Of a DNA stretch of 64,000 nucleotides, positions 19,152 through 29,987 are shown piece after piece. The stretch lies in the NCBI GenBank assembly GCA_029248525.1, contig JAQWJE010000049.1:386535-450534 (forward strand), read 5' to 3'. The translations under genes were made by a program, and so were the position numbers. This DNA is from Candidatus Binatia bacterium. Its GTDB lineage: Bacteria; Desulfobacterota; Binatia; UBA12015. The first letter of the stretch is position 1. Every line of letters begins with the position of its first letter. Under the pieces are notes generated by a model. That model ran no database searches. It was not told the DNA's origin and worked only from the letters and a program-made list of their open reading frames with translations.

Positions 19152-19747
19152 TTGGCGTCGGGATGCCCGGGGGGCAGGATGCCCGTGGCTGCGTAGTATT
19201 TCTCCAAAACGGCACCTGCGATCTGGTGCTTGCGGAGGTCGCGCGCGTCGATCACGTCGTGAGCGGCCTCGCGATACCAGGGATCCCGCCGTTGCATGAT
19301 CTGACTGAAGGATTTTTCTTCCGAAAGGTCTGGTCGATTTTGATCGCCTCGTATTTTTTGTTCGAGGAACCCAACGTCGCGCTGCAGGTAGAGAACCACC
19401 GAATCTTTTCGCAGTGCCTCGACTTTGCTGGCAGAGAAGATCTCCTGCCCTTCGCTGTCGAGGTCGACGACCACTCCGCCTCCGCAATCGATCAGCTGCC
19501 ATTCGGTAAATTGCGTGACGCGATGTACGACCGCCGTTTCGATTTCCCGAAACTCATGCCATCCGCGAGCAGCTACAATCTCCGGAATGGGCAGTCCGCC
19601 AGCCTCATACCGGATGAGGGCATCGAGAGACCATAGAGTGAAGCGTTTTTCCTTGCCCAGAATTCTTCGGGCGACCGAACTCTTGCCGCAGCCGCGACCG
19701 CCGATCAGAGCTAGATTCTTCGCCTGAGGTTTTGTGGGGAGGCCCAT
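19148..19747 (-). CDS. Shikimate-kinase-like P-loop kinase
   Basis: Walker A LIGGRGCGKSS near N-terminus. Size (199 aa) and layout like shikimate/gluconate kinase family. Exact substrate not inferable. Confidence 0.5.
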   Translation of the reverse strand: MGLPTKPQAKNLALIGGRGCGKSSVARRILGKEKRFTLWSLDALIRYEAGGLPIPEIVAARGWHEFREIETAVVHRVTQFTEWQLIDCGGGVVVDLDSEGQEIFSASKVEALRKDSVVLYLQRDVGFLEQKIRGDQNRPDLSEEKSFSQIMQRRDPWYREAAHDVIDARDLRKHQIAGAVLEKYYAATGILPPGHPDAN

Positions 19748-19873
19748 AGGCGTTCCTTACACCATAAATGTCACGTGTTCTGCGAAAGCCGCCGAGTTCT
19801 TGCAAAAAAGGTTTCGGATTCGTTCGGGGCAGCGCTGGTATCGATCAGGGCCAGGCGGTAGTCTGCGGCAGCC

Positions 19874-20800
19874 ATGAGCCAGCAGACGGCCAAATCCGCT
19901 CGGACGCGCGGACGACTTTCCTGGGAAGCCCCATTGGCGAGGATTGTGCAAAGTCGCAGTGGTCCTCTGCCGGACCTGTCCACTCCTCCCGGAGAGAGTG
20001 GATTGGTGGAACCCGACTCGGTTTCATGGCGTGTGTTCAAGAACCCCGTTAGCCTTTTTATCGGTGGGGTTTCTGCGGTCCTCCTCGAGTTGGCCGAGCC
20101 CCGAGTCCGCTCGGGGGTCTGGGACTTCACCAGTTTTCGCACCGACCCGATGGCGCGGATGCAGAGGACCGGTGCTGCGGCGATGCTCACGGTGTACGGC
20201 GCCCGGAGCATGGCCGAGAAGCGGATCGCCGGAGTCCGGCGGATGCACGACGGGGTCGCGGGGATCACCCCCGATGGAATCGCCTACCAGGCGAATGATC
20301 CTCATTTGCTGAATTGGGTCCATGCAACCGCGGCCTTTGGGTTTCTCGAGGCTTATGATCAGTTCGTCAGGCCCGTTTCTCCGCAGGATCGCGATCGCTA
20401 TTGGGCGGAAGGGCAAATCGCGGCCGGGCTGTACGGCGCGGATGCTCCTCCGGTCTCGCAGGCCGAATGGGAGAATCGCCTTGCCGGGATGCTTCCGGAG
20501 TTGGAGCCATCAGCGATTGTTTTCGATTTTCTGGCGATCCTTCAGGCGGCACCCATTTTCCCTCGCCTTTTTCGACCGTGTCAGCATTCGATGATTCGTG
20601 CCGCGGTGACCATGACGCCGTCGGCGGTGCGCGATCGTTTGGGTCTGGATGCAACGTGGGATCTTTCGCCCCGGGAACGTCGTTGGATCTGTCGGGGTGG
20701 TCTTTGGAGTGATCGGGTATTTCTGACCTCCTCGCCCCCGGCGCAAGCCTGCCTGCGGATGGGGTTGCCTGCCAATTATCTATACCGCTCGGCGGTATAG
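19874..20800 (+). CDS. MpaB/DUF2236-family oxygenase-like protein
   Basis: 308 aa. Resembles ER-bound oxygenase MpaB/rubber oxygenase-related DUF2236 family. Recollection-based. Confidence 0.5.
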   Translation: MSQQTAKSARTRGRLSWEAPLARIVQSRSGPLPDLSTPPGESGLVEPDSVSWRVFKNPVSLFIGGVSAVLLELAEPRVRSGVWDFTSFRTDPMARMQRTGAAAMLTVYGARSMAEKRIAGVRRMHDGVAGITPDGIAYQANDPHLLNWVHATAAFGFLEAYDQFVRPVSPQDRDRYWAEGQIAAGLYGADAPPVSQAEWENRLAGMLPELEPSAIVFDFLAILQAAPIFPRLFRPCQHSMIRAAVTMTPSAVRDRLGLDATWDLSPRERRWICRGGLWSDRVFLTSSPPAQACLRMGLPANYLYRSAV

Positions 20801-20893
20801 TCAGAGGGCCGCTTTACGAGTCCGGGGCGGTTGCCGTTGCCTGAAGACCATCTGCCGTAGTACGGAGAGAGCTGGTTTTCTGAACTGGAGGAA

Positions 20894-22444
20894 TTGTACG
20901 TGCATCTCTACCAATGGACCGAAAAAAACCCGGAACAAGCAGCGCTGATTTTCGCCGAGCGCGATCTGGAGATTTCCTATGGGGAACTCGAGGCCGCCTC
21001 GAATCGCGTGGCGCACGCCCTGCGCTCGTGGGGACTTGGTCCCGGGGACGGTGTTTCTGTTGTCCTGAAAAATGAACCGGCTTTTTTCGAACTCTATTGG
21101 GGTGCGATGCGGGCGGGCTGTTATTTCACGCCCATCAACTGGCATCTGGCAGCGGACGAGGTTCGTTATATCGTCGAGAATTCTGATGCGAAGGCATTTT
21201 TCGCCTCGGCGGACCTCGGGGGTCTTGTACAGTCGCTCGGGGATGCGTCGGGGGACCTTCGCGCGCGTGTCGCTGTCGGTGGCAAGATCGATGGGTTTCT
21301 AGGCTATGAAGAGACCATGCAGGCGATGCCGACCGAGCCTATTGCGGACGGTTGCGAGGGCGCGAATATGCTCTACTCCTCGGGAACGACGGGACGTCCC
21401 AAGGGGGTACGACCCCCATTGCCGGCAACACCTCTGGGCGAAGGCCCCGGAGCCGCGCTGGCTTTCGGGTTCCAGATGCTCTTCGGGCTTCAGGAAGGCG
21501 ATCGTTATCTGTGTCCGGGGCCGCTCTACCACGCAGCGCCTCTTCAATTTTCGACTTTGCAGCATCGAATTGGCGGCACGGTTGTGGTGATGGAAAAGTT
21601 CGATGCGGAGAATGCACTCCGCTTTCTCGAAAAATATCATGTGACCACGAGCCAATGGGTGCCGACGCATTTCAGTCGGATGCTGGCTTTGTCCGACGAG
21701 GTTAGAGCTCGCTACAGCCAGCCTGATTTGCGCGTAGCGATTCATGCCGCGGCTCCCTGCCCGGTGCCGGTAAAGCAGAGGATGATCGATTGGTGGGGTC
21801 CGAAAATTCTCGAATATTATGCAGGGACCGAGGGTGGTGGCACCCTGATCCAGTCTGAGGATTGGTTGACCCATCAAGGTTCGGTGGGACGCCATTGGTC
21901 TGGTGGTACCGTGCATATTCTCGATGAGAACTACCAGCCGATTCTCGAGCCCGATGTGGATGGGATGGTTTATTTTGACGCCCCTGAGGATCCCAAATCA
22001 CGCTTTCGCTATCATAAGGATGAGGAGAAAACGGCCGAGAGCTATCACGAGAGCCGGTTTACGCTTGGGGATATCGGGCACCTCGATGCCGAGGGCTTCC
22101 TGTATCTGACCGATCGCAAATCTCATATGATCATCTCGGGAGGCGTGAATATCTATCCCCAAGAAACCGAGAATTGCCTGAGCGACCACCCGGCGGTGGC
22201 AGATGTCGCTGTTATCGGCGTCCCGCATGAGGATATGGGGGAAGAGGTGAAAGCGGTGGTACAGTTGCGGGATGGTTTTGAACCCGGTGAGGAACTGGCC
22301 GAAGAAATGATCGGATGGGTGCGCGAGAGGATCGCTCGCTACAAGGCCCCGCGATCGATTTCATTTGTTGCCCAGCTGCCGCGTCAGGAGAACGGCAAGA
22401 TCTACAAGCGATTGCTGCGGGATCAGTTCGGGTCCGCCAGTTGA
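20894..22444 (+). CDS. Acyl-CoA synthetase (AMP-dependent ligase, fatty-acid--CoA ligase-like)
   Basis: AMP-binding signature YSSGTTGRPKGV, followed by core motifs including GDIG and a C-terminal lysine (K at PRQENGKIYK). 516 aa. Confidence 0.8.
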   Translation: MYVHLYQWTEKNPEQAALIFAERDLEISYGELEAASNRVAHALRSWGLGPGDGVSVVLKNEPAFFELYWGAMRAGCYFTPINWHLAADEVRYIVENSDAKAFFASADLGGLVQSLGDASGDLRARVAVGGKIDGFLGYEETMQAMPTEPIADGCEGANMLYSSGTTGRPKGVRPPLPATPLGEGPGAALAFGFQMLFGLQEGDRYLCPGPLYHAAPLQFSTLQHRIGGTVVVMEKFDAENALRFLEKYHVTTSQWVPTHFSRMLALSDEVRARYSQPDLRVAIHAAAPCPVPVKQRMIDWWGPKILEYYAGTEGGGTLIQSEDWLTHQGSVGRHWSGGTVHILDENYQPILEPDVDGMVYFDAPEDPKSRFRYHKDEEKTAESYHESRFTLGDIGHLDAEGFLYLTDRKSHMIISGGVNIYPQETENCLSDHPAVADVAVIGVPHEDMGEEVKAVVQLRDGFEPGEELAEEMIGWVRERIARYKAPRSISFVAQLPRQENGKIYKRLLRDQFGSAS

Positions 22445-22454
22445 GCCGGCCGTC

Positions 22455-23621
22455 TTATAGATCTTCAGGCTCGGGCTGAGCAGGGACGGCCCCCGCCAGA
22501 TTCCAGCCGTAGTCTCGAAAGAGCTCCGGCAGGGCCCGCTCGATGGTTTCTCCATCCAGACCGAACTCCTCGAGGTCATAGGTATGTCCTGTCTTGTGGC
22601 TGCCTCTGCGTGCACCAGCCTGCTCGAGTGCCTGCTGCAGCGAGTCACTCATCTCGAGGTCGAGGTTGGAGTAGATCTTCTCGACGGCCGTCTTGGGGTC
22701 CGACGTGAGTTCCCGGTAATCGACTTCACACCAGGCTGTATTCGGACGGCCTGAGAGGACTTCGCGCGGATGTCGGTAGCTATGGAGGCTCTGTTCGATC
22801 AATTTCTCGATCGAGGCCTCTATCCGTTCTTCGCCCCAGCCGAGGCTTTTCCAAGTTTGCTTGAGCATTTTGAGCAAGCTGGGAATCGATTCCCGTGGAT
22901 CTCGCATGCAGACCACGAAGCGCGCATCCGGAAATTCCTCGAGCAGGCTCTCCACCCGCCCGTTGAACGTCGGGTTTTTGCTCAGAAGAATTTGCTTCTC
23001 GCTTCCGAGGGCCATCTGGCGTTTCAGGGAGTTATGATAGCCACGCATCGCGCGCCGCCTTCGGCGGGTGGGCCAGCGGTCCCAATAATAAAAGTCGAGC
23101 TTGTCCATATAGGGGAAGAGCACGATCCAGAACCCCGAGGTGCAGGAGAAGGTCTGGCAGAAGTCATCCTCTTCCGGCGCGAAGAGGCCTGTATCGTGAA
23201 CGTCGCGAGTTTTTGCGAGCTTGCTGTCTTCGGTGGCGCGCAGTTTCTTCTCGAGAAAGGAGCCCAGCATAGCCCGGTCGAACCGGCCCAGAGCGCGGAT
23301 GCACTTTTTTTCCAGCAGCGAGGGAAAGGCCATTTCCCACGCTCGGAAAAACGCATAGCGCCCCTCGTCGGCCAACATCAGTCGATGCAGGAGGGTGGTG
23401 CCGCTGCGGGCGTGGCCAATGATGAAGATCGGCTTCCGAACCTCGGTCCGGCGGAGCTTCGGGCTCAAGTTGTCGAGCAGGTAGCAGGTTGCATGGACGA
23501 TGGCTGCGATCGGAATGACGAGAAAGACGGCGAGGCGAGCCAGCGTTCGGGCCCGATCGGTCTCCTGCCAGGCGAGTCGAAGCATTTTGCCATAGAAGTG
23601 GAAGCTGAAGTGCATCTGCAT
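22455..23621 (-). CDS. Sulfotransferase-family protein (membrane-anchored)
   Basis: 5'-PSB-like P-loop FIIGHARSGTTLL. N-terminal TM helix. Start at Met 23621 (MQMHFSF...), 13 nt downstream of the tetR stop. Confidence 0.6.
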   Translation of the reverse strand: MQMHFSFHFYGKMLRLAWQETDRARTLARLAVFLVIPIAAIVHATCYLLDNLSPKLRRTEVRKPIFIIGHARSGTTLLHRLMLADEGRYAFFRAWEMAFPSLLEKKCIRALGRFDRAMLGSFLEKKLRATEDSKLAKTRDVHDTGLFAPEEDDFCQTFSCTSGFWIVLFPYMDKLDFYYWDRWPTRRRRRAMRGYHNSLKRQMALGSEKQILLSKNPTFNGRVESLLEEFPDARFVVCMRDPRESIPSLLKMLKQTWKSLGWGEERIEASIEKLIEQSLHSYRHPREVLSGRPNTAWCEVDYRELTSDPKTAVEKIYSNLDLEMSDSLQQALEQAGARRGSHKTGHTYDLEEFGLDGETIERALPELFRDYGWNLAGAVPAQPEPEDL

Positions 23622-23634
23622 GGTTCCCGGCCTT

Positions 23635-24261
23635 TCAGTGATCTTGCTCGGAAGGATCGGTCGTATCGGGTCCGATGGCAATTTGGCCCAAATATTGACG
23701 GAGGGCGGCTCGCAGCGAATTTTGCGGGAACAGGTCCGGTGCGAAATGATGACTGGTCGCGAGCCCGGTCACCAGCCCGGCGAGAACGATCGCCTGATCC
23801 CTCGGGATCAGGCTCGACCGCAATTCGCCGAGTTTGCGGGCGCGGGCGAGGAGCTTCTCGATCTGGGCGATCAGAGCACTCTGCGAGCTCTCCTCGATGG
23901 CGATTAGGTCATCGGCGGTCTCGCCCTGGCGGGGAAGAGCCAACCGGATCTGCCAATCCAGAGCCCTCTCTTCATCGAGAGGTAAAAGGGCGCCGAGGGC
24001 ACGCTCGAGGGTGCTGATACCGCCACCTGTCCCGACGGCGACCAGAAAGCGTCCCGCCTGCCGTCGGTGCACCCAGCGGCAGGCCTCGACGAGGAGATCG
24101 CTCTGGTTCTCGAAATAATGCCGAATCAGACCCGCGGAGTAGCCAGCCTCACGAGCCACCTCGCGCAGCGTCATCCGGGCGAGCCCATGGCGCCCCAATG
24201 TGCGCGCGGCGGCCGCTGCGAAATCGGCTCGGCGGCTGGCTGTGTCGATGATTTTGGGCAA
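23635..24261 (-). CDS. TetR/AcrR-family transcriptional regulator
   Basis: N-terminal HTH LREVAREAGYSAGLIRHYF. TTG start with AGAGGAAAG RBS. Immediately upstream of the sulfotransferase gene on the same strand. Confidence 0.7.
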   Translation of the reverse strand: MPKIIDTASRRADFAAAAARTLGRHGLARMTLREVAREAGYSAGLIRHYFENQSDLLVEACRWVHRRQAGRFLVAVGTGGGISTLERALGALLPLDEERALDWQIRLALPRQGETADDLIAIEESSQSALIAQIEKLLARARKLGELRSSLIPRDQAIVLAGLVTGLATSHHFAPDLFPQNSLRAALRQYLGQIAIGPDTTDPSEQDH

Positions 24262-24278
24262 GAAGCTTTCCTCTTTAA

Positions 24279-24303
24279 TTATTATTATGCACAGGAATAA
24301 TAA
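24279..24303 (-). promoter_or_regulatory. Palindromic candidate TetR operator
   Basis: TTATTATT-N9-AATAATAA inverted repeat in a locally AT-rich patch, 18-40 nt upstream of the tetR TTG start. Confidence 0.35.
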
Positions 24304-24363
24304 AAAAGTAAATGAGTTTAGGGTCGCAAGCTGATATTCGCGATGCGGTCACGAGGTTTGGGG

Positions 24364-26592
24364 CTAGGGCTGATCGATGAAAATCGGTGAGGACCAGGCG
24401 CGGTGGGCAGCATCCGCCAGACAATTATCGTCCCAGGGCCGCCCGAAACAGGGGCTTACACTGGCGCAGGTCACGCCATCTTCCTTCTGGCAATGCAGGG
24501 GGTTCGCGCCCACGGTCGGGGTCGGTTCCTCGATTGCGCGCGCGTAGTAGAGGACATCGCGGCCTGAGCCGAGAAACTCCGGATCGCTGAAGGTGACCTT
24601 GCAGCCAGAGCTGTCGTTTGGGCAGGGCAGCTGTTTCCAGGGGTCTTCGATCAGGGGGGCGACGTTCTCACCGGCGAACCTCTGCGGGCGAATCCGCACA
24701 ATATCGATGTGCGTAATCACGTTGCGCTCGTCGGAGGGAAAGTAGCACTCTCCCTGACAAAGGCGCTCGAGTCGGTCTCCAGCCATGGATCCGAGGGCAT
24801 CCGGAGGGCATCCGGGCTTCTGGCGGAAGGAACCGACCGCGCGAACCTCGAATGCCGGGTTTTCGCTGAGTTTGGTCTCGGCGCCCATGGGCAGGGTTTT
24901 TCCCTCAGGTCCATTGGTGAGGTCGAACCAGAGGAGAATGCGGGGCCCGCTGGTTCCATAGACTTCGCGGCGCTGCATCGCGTCCCAGATCGCGCCCCGG
25001 TCCCGGCCGCTTGCGTGCACCGCCGTGAGTCCGCCGTTGAGGAAAAAGGAAGCCTGCCTCTCGGTCTCGAAATTCGCAAAAGGGACATCGATCGCATCCA
25101 TTTCGATCGCCACAGACTCGCCGATCGGGTCGCGGGTATCCCTCGATCCGAGTTGAGTATCGAGGAAATTACCGAAGCGAGCTTCGGTGAACTCCTGACG
25201 GGAAATGGGCTTGTAGCCGGTTCCCGGGCGGGCCGAGTGGTTGTCGCTGGCGGCAAGGAAACCGAAGCGGAAGCGGTCCCGACCGGCGTCGTTTTCGGGC
25301 CGGTTGAGCGCCATAATGTACTGCGCGGAGCTTTTCGGCCGATAGTTGAAGGCCGGGATGAAGCAATCCTTGCACTGACCGGCATCCTGCCAGTCGGCGA
25401 TCGTCGTGCTCGGTACCGTCGAATATCCCCCATTGAAGGAGGCGTCGATATAACGGCGGCGCGCGAGTGCCGCCTTGTCCGCGCAATCCTGAGCGGAGTT
25501 GCCCTCGGCAACGCAGCGCGCGGCAACAATTTCTCCGGCACGCCAGCAGGAAGGTTTGTAGAGGTCGCTTTGTGGCGGCGGGCAGGCCTTTTCATTGTTG
25601 GCACCCAGAAGAACTTCTTCCCAATCACGATATTCCTCGGAGTTGCCGTGTCCGGAGTAGACCTCGATCAGGCGTTGCCAGCGCGGGCTATGCTGGGTGT
25701 TGGTCAGCTGCTTGTCCCAGGAGGAGCCCAACGGTGTGTAGAAACCCCAACTGGTCCCGTGCGGAATGACCAGAGAATCGAGGTTCCAATCATCGAGCCG
25801 GTCGAAAAGTTCTGCGGGTGTGGGTGCCGTATCCCGACAATTATCCGGGAGTTCTCGCACCGGGATGCCTTTCGGGCATGCAGGTACGCTGGAGAGTTCG
25901 GTGAAAAAGCGGGCCAATTCGGGGCCGCCGGAATCAGCTTCGGCGATGGCCAGAAGGCCCATGACCAGCGCGGGAGGAGCAGCTTCGGTCAACGGCGGAA
26001 GTCCCGGAGGCGTTCCGGCCGTGATGGGGTGCGTCGGAATACGCGCGTCGTCAAGATCCCGAAAAATCACGTTTTTGTGGCCCCAATGGTTGGTGGGCTC
26101 GGTGCCGACCTGCGTCCACTCCCAGCCGAGATAGGAAACCAGATCGGGATTGGTATCGCCTCCGATCTGCTGGCATTGACGCATCGAGTCAATGGTTTCT
26201 TCCCAACGTCGAGGGGTCAGGCTGAGGGCGTGGTCGTTGATCGACCAGAAGTCCAAACCGCTGCAATGACGAGCGAAATCGCAGGCATCAGCGACCGGAT
26301 AGGCTCCTGATCCGCCCGCCATGGGCAAGCTCATCTGAAAGGCGTCGAAGGAGAAAGTGGTGTGGACATGCAGATCGCCAAACAAGATCTGCTTTGGCGC
26401 CTCGACGCCGACCGATTTTGCGGCTTTCTCGATCGCGGCGGCTCGCTCGGCGATGACCGCGGGTGCGACTACTTTCCCCTGCGGGACGCCGCCGATCATG
26501 CTCTCGGCAAAATAGCCCTTGCCGAGAATGAAAAGCGTCACCAGGGACAGGCCCACGAGGCCGGCCAATACGATCAGGATCTTGTTTCGCAT
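24364..26592 (-). CDS. DUF3604-domain secreted protein (paralog 1)
   Basis: 742 aa. Signal/TM N-terminus. FGDLHVHTTFSFDA motif (PHP-like metal-binding) characteristic of DUF3604. Paralogous to the 39742..41757 gene. Confidence 0.6.
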   Translation of the reverse strand: MRNKILIVLAGLVGLSLVTLFILGKGYFAESMIGGVPQGKVVAPAVIAERAAAIEKAAKSVGVEAPKQILFGDLHVHTTFSFDAFQMSLPMAGGSGAYPVADACDFARHCSGLDFWSINDHALSLTPRRWEETIDSMRQCQQIGGDTNPDLVSYLGWEWTQVGTEPTNHWGHKNVIFRDLDDARIPTHPITAGTPPGLPPLTEAAPPALVMGLLAIAEADSGGPELARFFTELSSVPACPKGIPVRELPDNCRDTAPTPAELFDRLDDWNLDSLVIPHGTSWGFYTPLGSSWDKQLTNTQHSPRWQRLIEVYSGHGNSEEYRDWEEVLLGANNEKACPPPQSDLYKPSCWRAGEIVAARCVAEGNSAQDCADKAALARRRYIDASFNGGYSTVPSTTIADWQDAGQCKDCFIPAFNYRPKSSAQYIMALNRPENDAGRDRFRFGFLAASDNHSARPGTGYKPISRQEFTEARFGNFLDTQLGSRDTRDPIGESVAIEMDAIDVPFANFETERQASFFLNGGLTAVHASGRDRGAIWDAMQRREVYGTSGPRILLWFDLTNGPEGKTLPMGAETKLSENPAFEVRAVGSFRQKPGCPPDALGSMAGDRLERLCQGECYFPSDERNVITHIDIVRIRPQRFAGENVAPLIEDPWKQLPCPNDSSGCKVTFSDPEFLGSGRDVLYYARAIEEPTPTVGANPLHCQKEDGVTCASVSPCFGRPWDDNCLADAAHRAWSSPIFIDQP

Positions 26593-26692
26593 CCTGACTC
26601 CTTAGCCCGCTAGTGCCTGCTGGTGCAAAATGAATCAACGGATGGCAGCAGGGCGCGGGCCGCTGGCGCAGACCACCGTCTCGCTGGCGGAA

Positions 26693-29395
26693 TCATCCCT
26701 CCAGGAGTTGTCGCAACACATAGGGGAGAATTCCGCCGTGACGGTAGTACTCGATCTCGATCGGCGTATCGATACGGACGGTGACGGCGAGGTTCTGGCT
26801 GGTTCCGTCCGCACGGTGAATGGTCAGGGAGAGGTCTTGCTGGGGAGCGAAGTCCTCGGCTTCCACGCCGATGAGGTCAAAGGTCTCTGTCCCGTCGAGT
26901 CCCAGAGAATCGATGGTATCCCCGTCCTTGAACTGGCAGGGCAGCACGCCCATGCCGACAAGGTTGGATCGGTGGATTCTTTCGAAACTGGCAGCGACTA
27001 CGGCTCGAACTCCCTGAAGTCGGGTTCCTTTGGCCGCCCAGTCGCGAGAACTCCCGGTCCCGTATTCCTGACCTGCCAAAATCACCAGCGGGACACCTGC
27101 GTCGGCGTAACGCATCGCTGCGTCATAGATATCCATCTGCACGCCATCGGGTTGCAGCATGGTCACGCCGCCTTCGACACCCGGAACCATCCGGTTCTTG
27201 ATCCGCACGTTTCCAAACGTGCCGCGGGTCATGACTTGATCGTTACCCCTGCGAGAGCCGAAGCTGTTGAAGTCCTTTTTGGCGACACCGTGCTCCTGCA
27301 GGTAGCGACCGGCGGGAGAGTCTTCCTTGATGGCACCGGCTGGGCTGATGTGATCGGTCGTCACAGAGTCGCCGAAGAGGGCTAGAGGGCGTGCTCCCTT
27401 TACATCAGCCAATGTTCCCGGTGTCAGAGAGAAATTCTCAAAGAAGGGAGGGTCCTGAATATAGGTCGAATCCCCTTCCCATTCGTAGACGTTGCCGACA
27501 GACGAAGGAATTTCGTTCCATAAAGGGTTACCTGCGGCGAAGTCGGCGTAGAGGCGCCGAAAGGTCTCGGGGTCGGTGGCGGCATGCATCTGGGCCTGAA
27601 TTTCGCTCGCCGGAGGCCAGAGATCTCGCAGGAAGACGTCCTTGCCGTCGGTGTCCTGGCCGAGGGGATCGGTCGTCATATCGATATCGATGGTGCCAGC
27701 CAGAGCGAATGCCACGACGAGGGGCGGGCTCATCAGGAAGTTGGCGCGAACCTGTTGATGCACTCGAGCTTCGAAATTTCGATTGCCCGACAAGACGCTC
27801 GCGGCCACCAGCTCGTTGTCAACGATTGCGGACTCGATCGCCGGGGCCAGCGGACCGGAGTTGCCGATACAGGTGGTGCAGCCATAACCAACGGTCTCGA
27901 ACCCGAGCGTATCCAGACTTTTCTGGAGCCCCGTCTTCTCCAGATACTCGGTGACGACGCGCGATCCGGGGCCCAGTGAGGTCTTGACGGTCGGTCGCAC
28001 CTGCAAGCCCCGTTGCACGGCTTTTTGGGCGAGGAGTCCAGCCGCGAGCATGACGCTCGGGTTGGAGGTATTGGTGCAGGAGGTGATGGCGGCAATGACG
28101 ACATCGCCATTCCCCAGAGTGGTTTTGCCTGCAGGAAGTTCGAGCTCGACCTGGTGGCCGATTGCCGATGATTCGCGGCCAAAGCCACCGGCATCGACGT
28201 CCTCTTCCATCAATCCCCGGTAAGCGCTGCCGAGTTCACTCAGATTAATCCGATCCTGCGGTCTTTTGGGTCCGGCTACACCTGGTCGGATCGAGCCGAG
28301 ATCGAGGTCGATGACCTTGGAATAGTCAATCGTTCCGGCCTCGGGGATGCCGAACATGCCCTGAGCCCGATAGTAGTTGCCCACGGTTTGGATATCGTCG
28401 GGACTGCGACCGGTTTGGGCCAGATATTCAAGAGTCTGGTCGTCCGTTCCGAAGAAGCCCATGGTCGCGCCGTACTCCGGTGCCATGTTGGCCACGGTCG
28501 CACGATCGGTCAGGGGCAGGGCGGTCGCACCCTCCCCATGGAACTCGACAAATTTTCCGACCACCTTCGCGGCACGCAGCAATTCGGTCACGCGGAGGAC
28601 CAGATCCGTCGCGGTCACTCCCGCGGGCAGAGATCCCGTGAGGTTGACGCCCACAACGTCGGGCGTGAGGAAATACACAGGTTGTCCCAGCATGCCGGCT
28701 TCCGCCTCGATGCCGCCGACGCCCCAGCCGACGATTCCCAATCCATTGATCATCGTGGTGTGGGAATCGGTTCCCACCAGCGTGTCAGGATAGTAGACGT
28801 CGTCGCGGTTCAGGACGCCGCGCGCGAGATATTCCAGATTGACCTGATGAACGATCCCGATCCCCGGCGGCACGACTTTGAATGTATCAAAGGCCTGCAT
28901 CCCCCATTTGAGGAACTGGTAACGCTCGCGGTTGCGCTGGAACTCGATTTCCATGTTTTTTTCCAGCGCGGTCGCCACTCCAGCGACATCGACCTGCACC
29001 GAGTGGTCGACGACCAGGTCCACCGGGACGAGCGGCTCGATGAGCTTGGGATCACGTCCGATCTTGTCGACCGCGCTGCGCATGGCGGCCAAATCCACGA
29101 GCAGCGGGACTCCGGTAAAGTCCTGCAGGACAATGCGTGACACGACGAAAGGGATCTCGGCGGTCCGATTGGTTTGTGGCTGCCATTGAGCCAGAGCCCT
29201 GACGTCCTCTTCCCGGATGCGCTGGGCGTCGCAGTTTCGCAAAACGGATTCCAGAACAATCCGGATACTGACGGGCAGGCGTGCGATGTCACCGAAGCCA
29301 GCGGCTTCCAGTTTCAGCAGAGAGTAGAACTTGCCGGTTTCGCCATTTCCCAGAGTGAAGTTGTCGATCGTATTCGCGAGAGGATTGTCCTGCAT
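26693..29395 (-). CDS. acnA: Aconitate hydratase A
   Basis: 900 aa. Full-length aconitase family sequence with Fe-S cluster Cys motifs ([21 protein letters not shown]). Confidence 0.9.
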   Translation of the reverse strand: MQDNPLANTIDNFTLGNGETGKFYSLLKLEAAGFGDIARLPVSIRIVLESVLRNCDAQRIREEDVRALAQWQPQTNRTAEIPFVVSRIVLQDFTGVPLLVDLAAMRSAVDKIGRDPKLIEPLVPVDLVVDHSVQVDVAGVATALEKNMEIEFQRNRERYQFLKWGMQAFDTFKVVPPGIGIVHQVNLEYLARGVLNRDDVYYPDTLVGTDSHTTMINGLGIVGWGVGGIEAEAGMLGQPVYFLTPDVVGVNLTGSLPAGVTATDLVLRVTELLRAAKVVGKFVEFHGEGATALPLTDRATVANMAPEYGATMGFFGTDDQTLEYLAQTGRSPDDIQTVGNYYRAQGMFGIPEAGTIDYSKVIDLDLGSIRPGVAGPKRPQDRINLSELGSAYRGLMEEDVDAGGFGRESSAIGHQVELELPAGKTTLGNGDVVIAAITSCTNTSNPSVMLAAGLLAQKAVQRGLQVRPTVKTSLGPGSRVVTEYLEKTGLQKSLDTLGFETVGYGCTTCIGNSGPLAPAIESAIVDNELVAASVLSGNRNFEARVHQQVRANFLMSPPLVVAFALAGTIDIDMTTDPLGQDTDGKDVFLRDLWPPASEIQAQMHAATDPETFRRLYADFAAGNPLWNEIPSSVGNVYEWEGDSTYIQDPPFFENFSLTPGTLADVKGARPLALFGDSVTTDHISPAGAIKEDSPAGRYLQEHGVAKKDFNSFGSRRGNDQVMTRGTFGNVRIKNRMVPGVEGGVTMLQPDGVQMDIYDAAMRYADAGVPLVILAGQEYGTGSSRDWAAKGTRLQGVRAVVAASFERIHRSNLVGMGVLPCQFKDGDTIDSLGLDGTETFDLIGVEAEDFAPQQDLSLTIHRADGTSQNLAVTVRIDTPIEIEYYRHGGILPYVLRQLLEG

Positions 29396-29519
29396 GGAAA
29401 AGCTTTAGCGGCCCGACGCGGATGGAGAAAGGGATTGGCTTGCCTCTTCTTCCAACTTTGGGTTGGGTAAGAGTATCGATGGGCGTTTGCTCGCCATACT
29501 CTCGGGGGGATTATCTGAA

Positions 29520-29984
29520 ATGTTGTCGAAATTTCGCGTAGTGACGGGTTTTTTGATTTTGGTCGGGCTATTTTTGGCGCCCACTGTCCATTCCGAAACC
29601 GATCTGGCAAGTCTGCCTGCTGGGCCGATTCGTGATCGAGTCGAATTGATGGAAGAGATTGGCGCGGCCGCAAAGAAAATCAATGAAGCCGCCAAAGCCG
29701 GCGATACGCAGGCGGTGATCGCCCCGGCCGAGGAGATTGCTCGCTTGACGCCGAAATTTGCCGAGCTGTTCCCTGCGGGGAGCACGCATCCCAATTCTCG
29801 AGCGAAGGCCAGCATTTGGACCAATCCCGACGAATTCGAAGCCTATAACGACTATATGGCCAAATACGCGCTCGCGATCGCTGCGACCGCCAAAGATGGC
29901 GGTAATGTAAAAAAAGCCGTGAAGAAAATGTTCAAGAGCTGCAAGAGTTGTCATAAAAAGTATCGAATTCCCGACGAAGATTGA
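29520..29984 (+). CDS. Cytochrome c' (class II c-type cytochrome)
   Basis: Signal peptide then four-helix-bundle-like sequence with C-terminal heme-binding CKSCH motif, typical placement for cytochrome c'/b562 family. ATG at 29520 with G-rich RBS. Confidence 0.55.
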   Translation: MLSKFRVVTGFLILVGLFLAPTVHSETDLASLPAGPIRDRVELMEEIGAAAKKINEAAKAGDTQAVIAPAEEIARLTPKFAELFPAGSTHPNSRAKASIWTNPDEFEAYNDYMAKYALAIAATAKDGGNVKKAVKKMFKSCKSCHKKYRIPDED

Positions 29985-29987
29985 CCC

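Noticed and set aside
18168-19502. 444-aa minus-strand ORF
   Set aside because: Antisense to the LLM oxidoreductase gene. Arg/Pro/Gly-rich low-complexity translation typical of spurious ORFs in high-GC DNA.
22770-24017. 415-aa plus-strand ORF
   Set aside because: Antisense to the sulfotransferase and tetR genes, which both carry diagnostic motifs.
24709-26310. 533-aa plus-strand ORF (and 24717..25628 minus ORF)
   Set aside because: Antisense or out-of-frame within the DUF3604 gene. Arg/Gly-rich with no motifs.
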